Shown: positions 1 through 13,938 of the stretch, piece by piece
Position numbering within the stretch: the stretch's first letter is position 1
Layout of the letters: each line of letters starts with the position of its first letter
Source of the DNA: the human T2T-CHM13v2.0 reference genome, Homo sapiens
Strand: one strand, 5' to 3'
NCBI RefSeq assembly: GCF_009914755.1
Contig: NC_060925.1
Length of the DNA: 64,000 nucleotides
Position numbers and translations under genes: made by a program
The notes under the pieces: model-generated
What the model saw: only the letters and a program-made list of their open reading frames with translations
Told to the model about the DNA's origin: nothing
Databases searched by the model: none

Positions 1-3000
1 CTGCATAGTAGAATTACCAAATCTCTTTTAAAATGACAATGTCTGGGTTCCACCCCCAGAGGTTATGATTTAATTGATCTAAGATGAGGCCAGTTGTTGA
101 GACGAGTATATGACTTCCCAAATAACTGGATATATACATAGCCACACATATGAGAGAGAAAAGCTACTTTTCTGGGTGAAGGGAGGGTTAATAGTGAAAA
201 TATAAGAAGAAATCTTAGCAAAGAGTGTTTAAGCACCTTTGTAAAAGTAATTTCCAAATGTAATTTTTGTACCTACTTAAGATACGTTAGGACAAAATCC
301 AGATGTCCTGCAATCCAAAACATTAGAAGTGCAAGAAGAAAGGAAGTCCGACACAAAAGTTCATAACCCCTTCATCTACAATATGCTTTTTAAGCAAATA
401 AAATGACACTTTTTAAAGTCAAATACCGTAAAAGATTACTTGTCTTTTGCACAAGTGGCAGATCTGTTATCATTCTCATCATATTGAAAGCTTATCCAAC
501 AGATGCCCTCTCCGTACCCTCCAATGGCTCTTTGTGCACTCAAAATTAACCCCACTATCACAGTGTTTCTCTGCATTAACCAATGTAAGACATTTGAAGA
601 GGGTCTTTGTTGTTGTAAAATGAGGAAAGTTGCATTAGAAGCATTAAAATAATTGTGCTCACTTGGAAAAAAAAAATCAAAATACAGTAACAGCATTTTA
701 TGTGAGCCATTCCTTGCAAACAACTAACAGTTTTCAACTCTTTAATTAAAGAGACATTCTTTAAAATTGGGAAGAGGTGTTAAGTTGAATGTCATCCCCT
801 TTCTCCTAGAATGAATGACCTCTGATAAGTATCTGAACCATTTAAACACAAACACACATAAAATGTGATTTTATTAAATTCAACAAACATGAACTTTGGA
901 GGGGCTGAAGAAAAATAACAACTGCTTTCTAAATTTAATTAAACAGAAAAAGACAGAGCTGACAAGCAGATGAATTGTCTAACTAAACTTTACGAGTCAG
1001 ATATTAAGAAAAGGAGTGTCATTTTCTTATTAGGAGTCCAAGGTGACTGCTTATGTTTTGAACACTGGTTAATTCTAGCTGGAGCACAAATCTATCTTTT
1101 CTTTTAGAATTAATTCTCAGTGTCAGAACTGCTAGATGTCCTTTTCAGAATCAACCTATCCTGGCCGTTAATTATACTACAGAAATATGTTCAAATAATG
1201 TTAATGATCTGATTCTATTCTCACAGAACAAGCTGTAGGAAAAGCTCAATTAAGACTTTGCTAAATATGTTTACTTAATTATTTTGCAGAGAATGAGAAT
1301 GGTTTGCTTGGCAAAAATGATATCTGAGAAAATGATTTTTAAAAAGAAAAGCAACGTGCAGTCTTAACATGGATACCAAATAGGAACCACTGTTTGAATA
1401 TTAAGATAAATAACGATTATTCTTAGAAGTACCTAACAGTGAGATATTATTTCTTTGAAGGTTTCTCAAATGCTGAGTAAATAGAAAAATAAGAGAAATA
1501 CAGTGACCAAGAAAGTCTTTTGAAGGATAGTGACACAAAATGTGCCTTTTTTACATTTTTATATATTCAGTTGCAATGGGCTTATTTTCTTAATGGTCTA
1601 CTTTGGGACTATCCTAGCCCGAGCCCCAAAGCTGCCGTGGAAATTTAGATTGAAACCAATAAACTCAAAACTACCCAAAAGAGGCCTTGAAGCTGACTTC
1701 AGAGTTGACTAGGAATCTCCTAGAGCTCTGAGACTAGTTTAAGTCCAGGGAGTGCCCTTCCACTTAGGCTTGCAATGCGGAATGACATTCAGCAACTGGG
1801 TTCAGTTACGGGGTGGTTTATCTGCCTGTGGATAGCTGGCATGCAATTGGTCAAAGTGAGACAAACAATAAAAGGAATAATCATAAACCTAAAATAAGAG
1901 AAGGAAAAGAAAAAACATTTTTGGGCACCTGTGATGGACCTGTCATGTTGCTAAGTACTTTACATATGTTATATTCATTAAACCTCTCTTCTCCCATAAA
2001 CTTTTCCAGGTAAAGATTACTATTCCCACTTGCAAAAGTAGAAACAAAGGTACAGAGATTAAGTAAACTGTACAAAATCACTCAGTCAATAATAAGCGAC
2101 AGGTCCAACCGGATTTGAGTCCTGGTCTTTTTGGCTCCAAAGAGCAAGCTTATCTAGCAAACTATAAAGAAAGGCAGAAAGGCAAAATTTGAGATCAAAT
2201 TCAGAGATAAGGGAAACATAAAATTCAATCTCATATATTCAGTACCTGAAATATGAAAGATCATTTTTTCACTTTTAATTCCTGATAAATCCACACACTG
2301 GGTTGGAAATGTGGCACTTATATGATTTTTCTTGGTCTGAGAAGTGATTTAGGTCTATGGCAACCTTTCCACTTAACATCATTTATAGGTCAAAAAATAA
2401 TAAAATAAAAAGCTTAAGGTTCCTTCAGTCATATCAATGAGGAATAAAGACAAAATGCTCAAATGTCTTGCCTAAAGTCACAATGCTAGATTTCTGCAAA
2501 GCTGGGATTAGATCTCAAAGCTGACCTATGGTTTACTGTTCTTTCCATTACAAAGTATTGCTTTATTTTGTTTTTCCTTGGCCCTAGAAAAAGCTGGAAA
2601 CTGTTAGTTATCACATAAGAACATGAAACAGCCACAGGAATGATGTTAAAAATCCTCTTAAGATTAGCACACTCAACCATTACCTTAAAAAGCAAACCAA
2701 TCATCTAGGTTTATGTCAATTTTGTTTCAAATGGCATTAAGAAAAAGACAAAACCAGGTAAGCATACTTAATATAAAAGTTTGAATTTATTGGTCAAAAT
2801 TCCAAGTGGCTCAGATTTAAAATACAACTGATGTAAAAAATCAATGCATCATGACATGAGAAAACTGTTACTGATTCTTTATGTGCTTCCAATTTGATTG
2901 CTTTGGCCTTCCAAACAAATAAATGGCAGTACCAGAAACCTATTAGTATGATAATAAAGCCTCGATCCTGGATGTATACAATCTCTGTACTTGGAGGATA

Positions 3001-4626
3001 ACAAAAAAACAAACAAATATCTGTGTAAAGACCTGCTCTAGATTTCAATTTAATAGAAAAATATTAGCAGAAATTATAAAATGTAAGGGTAATCAGAATG
3101 CCTTCACTTTAAGTCCCTATAAAAGTTCATTTCTGTAAGTGTTAAAAGCTAATAGCTTCATTTTTTAGCCCATTGTTCCTACTTACTTTTTGTGTTTTTT
3201 CCAAAATTCTAAATTTTTAAAAATCCAAACCTAATAGCTTCAAGTTATTATCATCTATTACTGTCCAAGACACCGTGAGTGCAATGGGTCCTTTTATATA
3301 CAGAAAATAGTACAGTTGGTAGATATGTATTAATCAAGGTTATGAACAAAGAAAATGAATGTACAAAAGGCATATATTAAAACATAGGTAAATATATACA
3401 CACATATGTACACAAACACTTACATATCCAAACTTCAATATCTGGAATGCTTTTGCCTGATTATGTACCTCCTATCCCAAAAAATCAAAGTAGTTTTATA
3501 ATTCAACAATGCATTTTCCTATTATGAATACATATTTTTCCTGTCACATGTAATGAATTAAATTGAACCAGTGATGACACACTATCTGGTAGTAACACAA
3601 TGATTAAGGCCCTATTTAAAGTTAAAATATATTTTCCTAGAACTTAACATTATTAAATCATCCATGTTTCATTACCACAAAGTTTATAACATCATAAAAG
3701 TAACAGTGATAGCAAAAAGAAAATGCATAAGTGTTTTCCAATTTTGGTTGAACCTATGTAACTTCAAAAAAGAAACACACGTATATTACTATGCAAATGG
3801 GTTCCCAAATTTTTATACATTCTATTTACTCCATTGTAGCCAGCCTCAGCCACATAATTCACATGCAGAACTATCACCCTTTGAACTAAATGAATTCTGC
3901 TATAACGGAGAGCTGAGACTTGAAAAAATTGCTTACAATTGCACATACAAGTGAAAAAGATTGCTAAGTCTAAATTAAGATGTTGGCTATGAGGTTTCCA
4001 ATAGGACCTTGACATGACTGTTGACCTACTCATGACATGATCGCACCAGTACGGATTTGGAATTCTATTAGTATTACCAGAGGAAAAAAAGTCAAGGAGT
4101 CATCAAGAAAACAAATCTATATCTTCTACTCCATCAGCCAATTACTGTTGTTAAAGTGGAATTAGATGGGTATTGACAATGCGAAGGGGATAAGGATTAA
4201 GCAGATGACTGAATATATTGCAAGCACTGGTGATCATATTTTGGCTTTTTAGCATTGTTTTGCTTTTGCTGCATAGTTTTTTAAAACTCTAAAATAGGAA
4301 TGTGCAAAGCAGATTAATTGCTAATATCATGCCTGAAAAAATACAATTTATAATATATTTGCTAATTGGATAATGCACAAATATTTTCACATAAGAGTGC
4401 TATTTTATACCAGCAAATATTCAACAGCTAAGCAAAGATTTAATAGAAACCCGCATCTGTCTATAAGTACAGGACCACTGGAAAGATAATAAAAGGCTTT
4501 AAAAATTTCCTTACCCTAATTTAAGGGAGAAAATTCCCCAATCAAATTTTGAAAATGTTATCTTTTCTTAAAAAGTAAGAATAATACAACTCAACTGATT
4601 ATAAAACCAAAACACTTTTATTGTGA

Positions 4627-4862
4627 GAGGTGGCAGTATACTGTAATATTTAAGAGCATGATCTTTGACTCTATGGAGACCTAGTTTCAATTGTGGCCTC
4701 TGCCACTTTCTATAGCTTTGTGACCTTAAGGAAATTACTTAACCTATGTCTTCATTTCCCAATCTGTAAAACTGAGATAGAGTATCCAAGTTATATGGTA
4801 GTGTGAGGTTAAATGAGCATGTTTGTGTAAAAACTTTGCATAATATTTAATTAGTATTAGCT
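4627..4862 (+). mobile_element. MIR
   Basis: CTCTGCCACTT...TGTGACCTTAAGGAAATTACTTAACCT...ATCTGTAAAA core; further MIR-like cores at ~1940-2140, 23375-23615, 39790-40000, 48880-49090, 54050-54210 and 55935-56130. Confidence 0.65.
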
Positions 4863-5052
4863 TCAGCTATTATAAAATGTTATCTCAATACATCCATTGA
4901 AGTCAGGCAGCTATTTTGTCTACAGAAAAAATTCAGTTTTGTTATATAGTGAATGGAATTCCTGAGGTACTAACAGGTCAAAGTCAAGAAACCCATAAAA
5001 GTATTGGTTATCAATGCCAAAGTTCAAAGTATCATATAAAATCTGGTTTTAC

Positions 5053-5362
<310 letters not shown>

Positions 5363-5558
5363 TGGTTTTATTTTATACTGCAAACTCCACTTCATGGGGG
5401 TGGGGCGGGGGGCGGGGATCACAAAGTACCAGGCAAATTTGATTTAATGGCTGGGGGGGGATTACCAGTTTAAATTGCAAGTAATACCACCAAGACACAA
5501 AAAGGTAGTTTTGTTTTGTTTTGTTTTAAAAAGAAATATTTCTGCCACTTTTTAAAAA

Positions 5559-5867
5559 TTTTAAGACCGGGTCTTGCTCTATTGCCCAGATTGACGGGCA
5601 GTGGCATGATCATAGCTCACTACAGCCTCAAAGAACTCCTAGGCCCAAGGGATCCTCCAGGTTCAAGGGATCCTCCCACCTCAGCCTCCCTAAGTAGCTG
5701 GGAATACAGGCACATGCCACCAGGCCCGACTAATTTTTTAAAATTTTTTGTAGAGACAGGCCTCACTATGATGCCCAGGGTGGTCCTGAACTCCTGGATT
5801 CAAGCAATTCTCCCACCTCGGTATCCTAAAGAGCTGAGAGTACAGGCGTCAGCCTCTGTGCTTGGTC
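5559..5867 (-). mobile_element. Alu (J-type, diverged, internal CAAGGGATCCTCC duplication)
   Basis: Alu similarity. Confidence 0.9.
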
Positions 5868-7989
5868 CACCTATTGATGAGTTCACTAAGTCCTGGCTGA
5901 GGTTTCTGGTACCATTTTCTGCCTTCTTTTCTTACATCAAAGTTTTTACCCATTTACAAACTGTGTTTTACTGACTGAATAACACCCTCATGTCCCTCTT
6001 TTCACACAATACACGTATTTTGATATTAAGCATACTTACTACATCTTTTGTCTTTTAAAGTCAAGTTTGAATTAATGGCATATCATGACAGATATATTGA
6101 TGCCAGTCTAAAATAGCTAAGTAAAATCATAATCCAATGAGTATATCAATGAACTTGGAGTAGCATCACTTGATGAATCAAGACTGCCAGTATTTTCTTC
6201 CTAGTGTGTGAACATAGAATGATCGATACTCTAGTACATCCCAAAGACTTGACAACTGATATTTTGAGTTAGTGAAAATATGCAAATAAAGTTTTCACTT
6301 ATAACATCAAAGGTAAATCCTTCATTCAGATGTACACTTTGATACTGTGGTGAATTATGCCTAAATCTTTTCAACCCTTGTTAAATATTTCCAATGAGCT
6401 GAGGTAATTTTACTTTGCAGTATGATTTTTTAAAAGGTGTAACGCACCTAAACACACACACAAAAAGGATGCAAAGAAATACAGCTTAGTTTTTTAACAC
6501 AAATAAAATCCAAACAATGATATATCTTACAATAATGTAAGAATACTTAAAATACATTGCTTTAAAAAAACAGTGGCAAAGAATGGCAAGAATCTAATAA
6601 GGAAAGCGAAGGTTTGCAATGGCAATTCATTAAAGAGAGTAATCACACTAATCAAGAAAAAAAAGTAGAGATGCCCAAACACAGACAAGAAAAAAAAAAA
6701 CAATAACAAATCTAATAAATTTAACTTGCCCTGCCAGATCTTTTTAACTTATTGGAAAATTCGCTTGACTTAATATTGACACAGAGATGTGTAAATCAAT
6801 ACATTCAGAATGAAAGATATATTTTAATTTAAAAATGTTCAAACTGCAGCAGTAAATCTATGCACTTAGCACATAAAAATCTTTAAGAGTTCAAATGTTC
6901 AGACATAACATTGGGGTTGACCAACAACCTATAGATGAATGCCAAATCCTAAATTCTGACCACCAAAATACTTACTTTTTATGTCACATATAAGGCAATC
7001 TTTACAATATTTACTGAAAAATATTTATAAATACTAGACAAATGGATTTTCATTGAGAATCCATCAAAGCCTGCAACCAGGGCACCACCTATCTGCTGCT
7101 GATAAAAAAGTCCTACTTTTATATATTATACAACTACAGGCTATTGTGATCTTACCAAATGAAATGAGAAAAGTAAAAGAAATGAAGCTATCCTTTAATC
7201 TCAGTGACTGTCTATATGGTCAAAGCCTTTAGCTGTGCCATCCAATATGGTAGCCACTAGTTATATGTGGCTATTAAGATACGTTCAAAGTATTAAACAC
7301 ACAAAAGATTTTGCATTTACTCCAAGAAAAGTACAAAATATGTCATAATTTTTGCTACAATAATTTTATTGTTACATACACACATTTTCAGGATAAAAAT
7401 CAAATAATTCGTTTCACTTAGGAATGTATTATACAAAAAAGTGAGACTTCAACAGACAAGCACAAGAACTTACTATAGTTAAAATTTATCTCCTTAAATA
7501 TTTTTGATGCACAAATTTAACTTGGTATACCACACCATAAATCTAAACTATCTTGAGTTTAAATAGATTGGTAGTGTCCTCACTCCCCGACCTTCCATGG
7601 ATGGTGACACAAAGGATGAAACAAAGGATGGGGAAAAAGATGTATATGAGATGATGTACAGAGGATGAAACACTAGTAATTATGATGCTGATCTCTAGTA
7701 AGCTAACCTTTCAACTTACAAATCAATAAAAGCTAATAGGTAAACAATTTTACTTCTAGAAAAACAAATCTGTATCAAACAAGAAGTGCTTATATTTACT
7801 AAAGTATATATGATTATGGTGAAAATTTTCCCCGTTATCTCAAAATGGCAGCAAAGAGAACTGCTCACCTCCTACTATAATTTTTCTTTATAATTAGTGT
7901 ACAGCATTACCTTCGGTAATCTCAATCCTTTCACTTTTATCATCCTCCTCCTTTAAAATCTTTCCTTTCCCCAACTATCTTCTCAAGCT

Positions 7990-8172
7990 TTGCTACTTAC
8001 TAAGAGTGGGTCCCAGGCCAGCATCATCAGCATCTTCTGGGAGCCCATTAGAAAGGCAGAATCTCAAGTTCCTCCCACGACTTATTAAATCAGAATTGAC
8101 ATTTTAACAAGATCCACTCCCACCAGCCCCAAGATCCGCTGGGAGATTAAATTTAAGCATCTCCGCTCTACA
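7990..8172. mobile_element. MER5A-like hAT-Charlie element
   Basis: CCAGCATCATCAGCATC...TTAGAAAGGCAGAATCTC...AATCAGAA...CATTTTAACAAGATCC. Confidence 0.65.
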
Positions 8173-8676
8173 CTTGGTGGAAAGGATTTCTAGCCTCACG
8201 GTCTGTGTCTCTTGTTCTTACCCTTTATATGTTTTCATTGGTCCTCAGGTTAATAAGGTTAGTAAGCATCTTAAAAACTATTGATTTCAAAACTTCCATT
8301 TTACAGATAAACTAGAAATAAACTTTAATGCCTAGCACAAAACCTTACAAGAAAAGGCCCTTAATAAAAGACAAGTTGGAAGACAAAGGCAAGATGACAG
8401 AGAAGTTGAAGCTAAAAGAGGTTAAGGATTTAGACGGTTTCTATAGCTAATTAGTTGCATGGTGAAACTGTGTCTCATGTTGACTCCAAAGATCAATGCT
8501 CATTCCAATATACGATGCAAGGCAAAGCCAGAGTTGCTGAGTCCCACCTCCCCCAACTTCTCACTGGGATGTACGTAAGAGAGTATGTCCTTGTGAATAG
8601 GTGAATGTGCACACATGTGAAAACCTAGGTGTGCCCAGCTCTGGAGTGCTTCCCAAGAGAACAGTGTGAAATATTA

Positions 8677-9021
<345 letters not shown>

Positions 9022-10302
9022 CTACTAAAAAATACCCGTGGTCACTGGTAGGTAGGAATCAAGAAGTAAAAAGTAAAAGTAATATGAGACAACTTTCAAA
9101 CATAGAAACAACTAGCCTGAATTGGGTTGGGAATTATTACTTGATTATGCAACTGTTCACTCTCCCCTACTTCTTTTCGTCTATACACTTCTGTCACCCT
9201 CTTCCTGTGCCATTCCCCGCTGCATCTCTTATTTAACTGTCACAGAAAAGACAAAGTTGAAAAGTTACTTGTACAATCCTTGTTGCTCTTTGGAATAAAA
9301 ACACTACCTAAATCCTATAATTATTATAAATAATAACTTATAATTCCTAGTATTTTAAAATTTTTACCAGGTATTTTCATAAAAATTACCTTAAAGTCAT
9401 CATAACAGCATGTCACTGTTTTTGATAGTAACAGTGATTATAAAAAGATGGACAATTATTGGACATGATAAATCTATTTACATTTTTTCAAATAATATCA
9501 TATTATAAAAATTATAAAAGCAGAAAAAGTTCAGGCAATAAACCCAAAAAAATGACTAGCAGGAAAAGCAACACCACAATTTTACTTTTAAAAAAGCAAA
9601 GAATCCAGTATTAAAGTTGGTATAAAACATTGCAGTAATGCTCAAAAGATAATGCTTTAAAATAAAAGTATTGTGGTGCTAAATATAATGGATTAAATTA
9701 TGTCTTATGAAAAGACCAGAAGAAGGTGACAGGTATATAAACAATTCACAATAAAACTAGCCAGCAGGTCAGTAAACAGAGAGAGCTTTAATGATTTGAA
9801 TATCTGATTTGATTTCTTATATATCAGTGCCTTATGCCTATTTAACATTTGAAAATAAAATATACTTAACTATGATTAACAGGAGCACCTGAGATTGCAG
9901 AGTTTACACTACAACAGAAATATAACTACTGAAATACACCATTCACTGTAAGAATCCGTATTACAGCTAACCTTATTACAAAAGCATTTATCAGAATTTT
10001 AAGTCTCCTAAACTCCATCTTGGATAAAATATAGTAACAATATGGATAAATCAAAGACTACTAGCACTTCATAAATAATTACTGCATGTATTAGATTACT
10101 CCTACTAACAGAATAGATTAAACAGCAGATCAGATGAAGATAAAAAGAGAATTAAATAACTGGAGCACAGAACCGAAGATATTACCTGTAATGTGGCACA
10201 CACAAAAAAACAATGAAATGAAAACTAGGAGAAAAGGGCTAAGAGACATTAAGAATAAAATGAGAAAGTGCAACATATGTCTGTCTAAAAAGATAGAAGA
10301 CT

Positions 10303-10600
10303 GAGTCGGGCGGGGTGGCTCATGCCTGTATTCCCAGCACTTTGGGAGGCTGAGGTGGGTGGATCATGAGGTCAGGAGTTTGAGACCAGCCTGGCAAACA
10401 TGGTGAAACCCCGTCTCTACTAAAAATACAAAAATTAGCCGGGTGGTGGTGGCACGTGCCTGTAATCCCAGCTACTCAGGAGGCTGAGGCAGGAGAGTTG
10501 CATGAACCTGGGAGGCAGAGGTTGCAGTGAGCCAAGATTGAGCCACTGCACTCCAGACTGGGCATCAGAGCAAGACTCTGTCTCAAAAAAAAAAAAAAAA
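10303..10600 (+). mobile_element. Alu (S-type)
   Basis: TSD AAAAAGATAGAAGACT, poly(A) tail. Confidence 0.95.
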
Positions 10601-11229
10601 AAAAAGATAGAAGACTAATAATAAACAAGAAGCTGTATTTGGATAAGGGCTGAAATCTTTTTTTAAGAACTGATTAAAGATAGGAATTCTCAGATACAGG
10701 AAGCACAACATAAAAAAAAGCAGGATAAATAAATTTATGTCTGTATATTGTGGGGAAACTACAAAATATAAAATACATGTATTTTTTTCTTAAAAGCAGC
10801 TAGGGAATAAAAATAAAATACATTATTTACCATTAGTGGAACAGATATCTCAGAGCAAGAGTGAATGCCAGAAGATAGTACAAGAGTATCTTTAAAATGT
10901 TGAGAAAAATTATTTAACCCAGAATTACATACCAAGAAAATTATTCATTAAAAAAGGTAAAACAAAGCTAGTTTCAGATTTAAAAAGTGAAATTATCTGT
11001 TTTAGATTTTCACCAAAAGAACTTCTAAGCATAATGGAAGAAAAATGATCCTGCAAAGAAAGACTGAAATATAAGATGAAAGGTGAGAAAGAATCTGGTA
11101 AATCTTATAGATCTAAATAAATGCTATACATTAATAATAATGTCTAATTTATAGGTTGACAAAACTAAAAGACTGGAAATCAAGACAATATTTTCTGTTC
11201 AAAGAGGTGTGGTCAAAATTAATGTTCGA

Positions 11230-11344
11230 GGCCTCGCGCGGTGGCTCACACCTGTAATACTAGTGGGAGGCCGAAGCGGGCAGATCACTTGAGGTCAGGA
11301 GTTTCAAATCAGCCTGGCCAACATGGTGAAACCTCACCTCTACT

Positions 11345-11411
<67 letters not shown>

Positions 11412-11581
11412 AAAATTAGCCAGGCATGTTGGCAGGCACCCGTAATCCCAGCTACTTGGGAGGCTGAGGCAGGAGAGTTGCTTGAACCCGGGAGGCGGAG
11501 GTTGCAGTGAGCCTAGATTGCACCATTGCACTCCAGCTTGGGCGAAAGAGTGAGACTCCATCTCAAAGAAAACAAAAAACA
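11230..11581 (+). mobile_element. Alu with microsatellite-expanded linker
   Basis: TSD AAAATTA(A/T)TGTTC. Confidence 0.95.
11345..11411. repeat. Compound microsatellite A27-(TA)16-(CA)4
   Basis: Read directly. Confidence 0.95.
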
Positions 11582-12377
11582 AAATTATTGTTCTAAAGTC
11601 CTAGTATTATTTAGAAGAGGTTTAAATATTAACAGTAGATGTTAAAAGCTGTTAAACACACACAGCAAAATTTCAAAGACATCAGAGGCATGGAAGCAAC
11701 CAGGGTAGATACCTAGCTTCCAAACTAGTAAAATGGAGGAGAAAATTAGAACGAAAAAGAAAAGAGAGCAACAAGTCAATACTAGAAGGAAAAAAAACTT
11801 TTAAAATGTTAGAAAAATAAAAGTATGGAGTTGATATAAATACATGTCCACATATATCAGAAATCACAATAATCTGAAAGCATTAGTTATATGGTAGACA
11901 ATAACATGTTAGATTTTTAAAAATCCAACCGTATGCTGTCTACAAAAGATATACTAAAACAAAAGGACCCAGAAAGGTAGAAAAAATAAAAGGGTGGAAA
12001 AAATAATACCAGGAAAATATAAACTAAAGAAAGATGAGGGCAGATATGTTAATATAATGCATAATAGACCTTATATAATATTAAAAGCATTATTAAAAAT
12101 AAAACAAAAGTTAAATTAACCAGGAAGGTTAATCCACTTCAAACACTAGTGTCTTTAATTTTGTCTGTTTGGGTACTATTTATAAGAATGGGATCTTACA
12201 CTATGTTTTCTTCTACAATTTGCTTTTTTTTTCTCTCAATGAGACTCATTCATGTTAATGTTTGCAGTTATAGTTCATTCCACTGCTGAATTCCATAGTA
12301 GAAATATATCTATTATTAATATATTCTAATATTAATTGGTAAAAAGTGAAACAAGTGACATGAATAAGAACAGCAGT

Positions 12378-12729
<352 letters not shown>

Positions 12730-12769
12730 TCACAAGATTGCTTAGAGATTGCACAAATATGTAGCACTA

Positions 12770-13938
12770 AAGCCATGCATTGCTTAACACCAGGGATACA
12801 TTCTGAGAAAGGCATCGTTAGGCAATGTCACAGTCACACACAAACATCGTAGAGTATACTTACACAAACCCAGATGATATAGCCTATTATAACTAGGCTA
12901 TATGGTATAGCCTATTGCTTCCAGGCTACAAACCACTACAGCATGTTACTGTATTGAATAATATATGCAACTCTAACACAATGGTATTTGTGTACCTAGA
13001 CATATCTAAATACAGAAAATCTATAAAAAAAAATATGATATAAATGGTATACCTGTATAGGGCACTTACCATGAATGGAGCTTGCAGTACTGGAAGTTGC
13101 TCTGGGTTAGTGAGTGAGGGAGAGGTGAGTGAAAGTGAAGGCCTAGAACACTTCTAGACACTAATGTAGACTTTATAAATATTGTACACTTAAGCTACAC
13201 TAAATTTATTTTAAAATATCCTCTTTCTTCAATAATAAATTAACCTTGGTTTATTGTAACTTTTAACTTTATCAACCTTTAAAATTCTTCACTTTTTGAC
13301 TCTTGTAATAACACTTAGCTTAAAACATACATTGCACAGCTGTACAAAACTATTTTCTTCCTTTATATTCTTGTTCTATAAGCTTTCTTCTATTTTATAC
13401 CTTTTTTTTTTAACTTTTAAAACTTTTTGTTAAAAACAAGACACAAACACACACATTAGCCCAGTCCTACACAAGGTGAGAATCATCAATATCACTGTCT
13501 TCACCCCCACATCTTGTCTCACTGGAAGGTCTTCAGGGGCAATAACACACATGGAGCTGCCATCCTGTGATAACAACGTCTTCTGGAATACCTTTCGAAG
13601 GACCTGTCTGAGGCTGTTTTACGGTTACATTTTTGAAGGAGGATACTCTAAAATGATGATTAAAAGTACACTATAGTAAACATGTAAACCTACTAATATA
13701 GTTGTTTATTATCATTATCAACTATTATGTATGGTACATACTTGTATTGTGTATACTTTGGGAGCACAGTCATTTGTTTACACCAGAATCACCACAAACA
13801 TGTGACTAATGTACTGCACTGTGAGGTTACAATGCCACGAGGTGACAGGAATTTTTCAACTCCATTATAATCTCATGGGATCACCATTGTAGAAACAGTT
13901 CATTCTTGACTGAAACAGTGTTATGCAGCACATGGCCG
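12770..13938 (+). mobile_element. Tigger3b/MER7B-like TcMar DNA transposon, near full length
   Basis: Degenerate TIRs (AAGCCATGCATTGCTTAAC ... GTTATGCAGCACATGGCCG), TA at left flank, characteristic TATAGCCTA repeats. Confidence 0.8.

Larger units (their letters stand above)
9880..12120 (+). mobile_element. Old L1M fragment (ORF1 to endonuclease-start remnant) interrupted by two Alus
   Basis: Very A-rich; remnants such as AACCCAGAATTACATACC and ATGCTGTCTACAAAAGA; no intact ORF. Confidence 0.6.
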
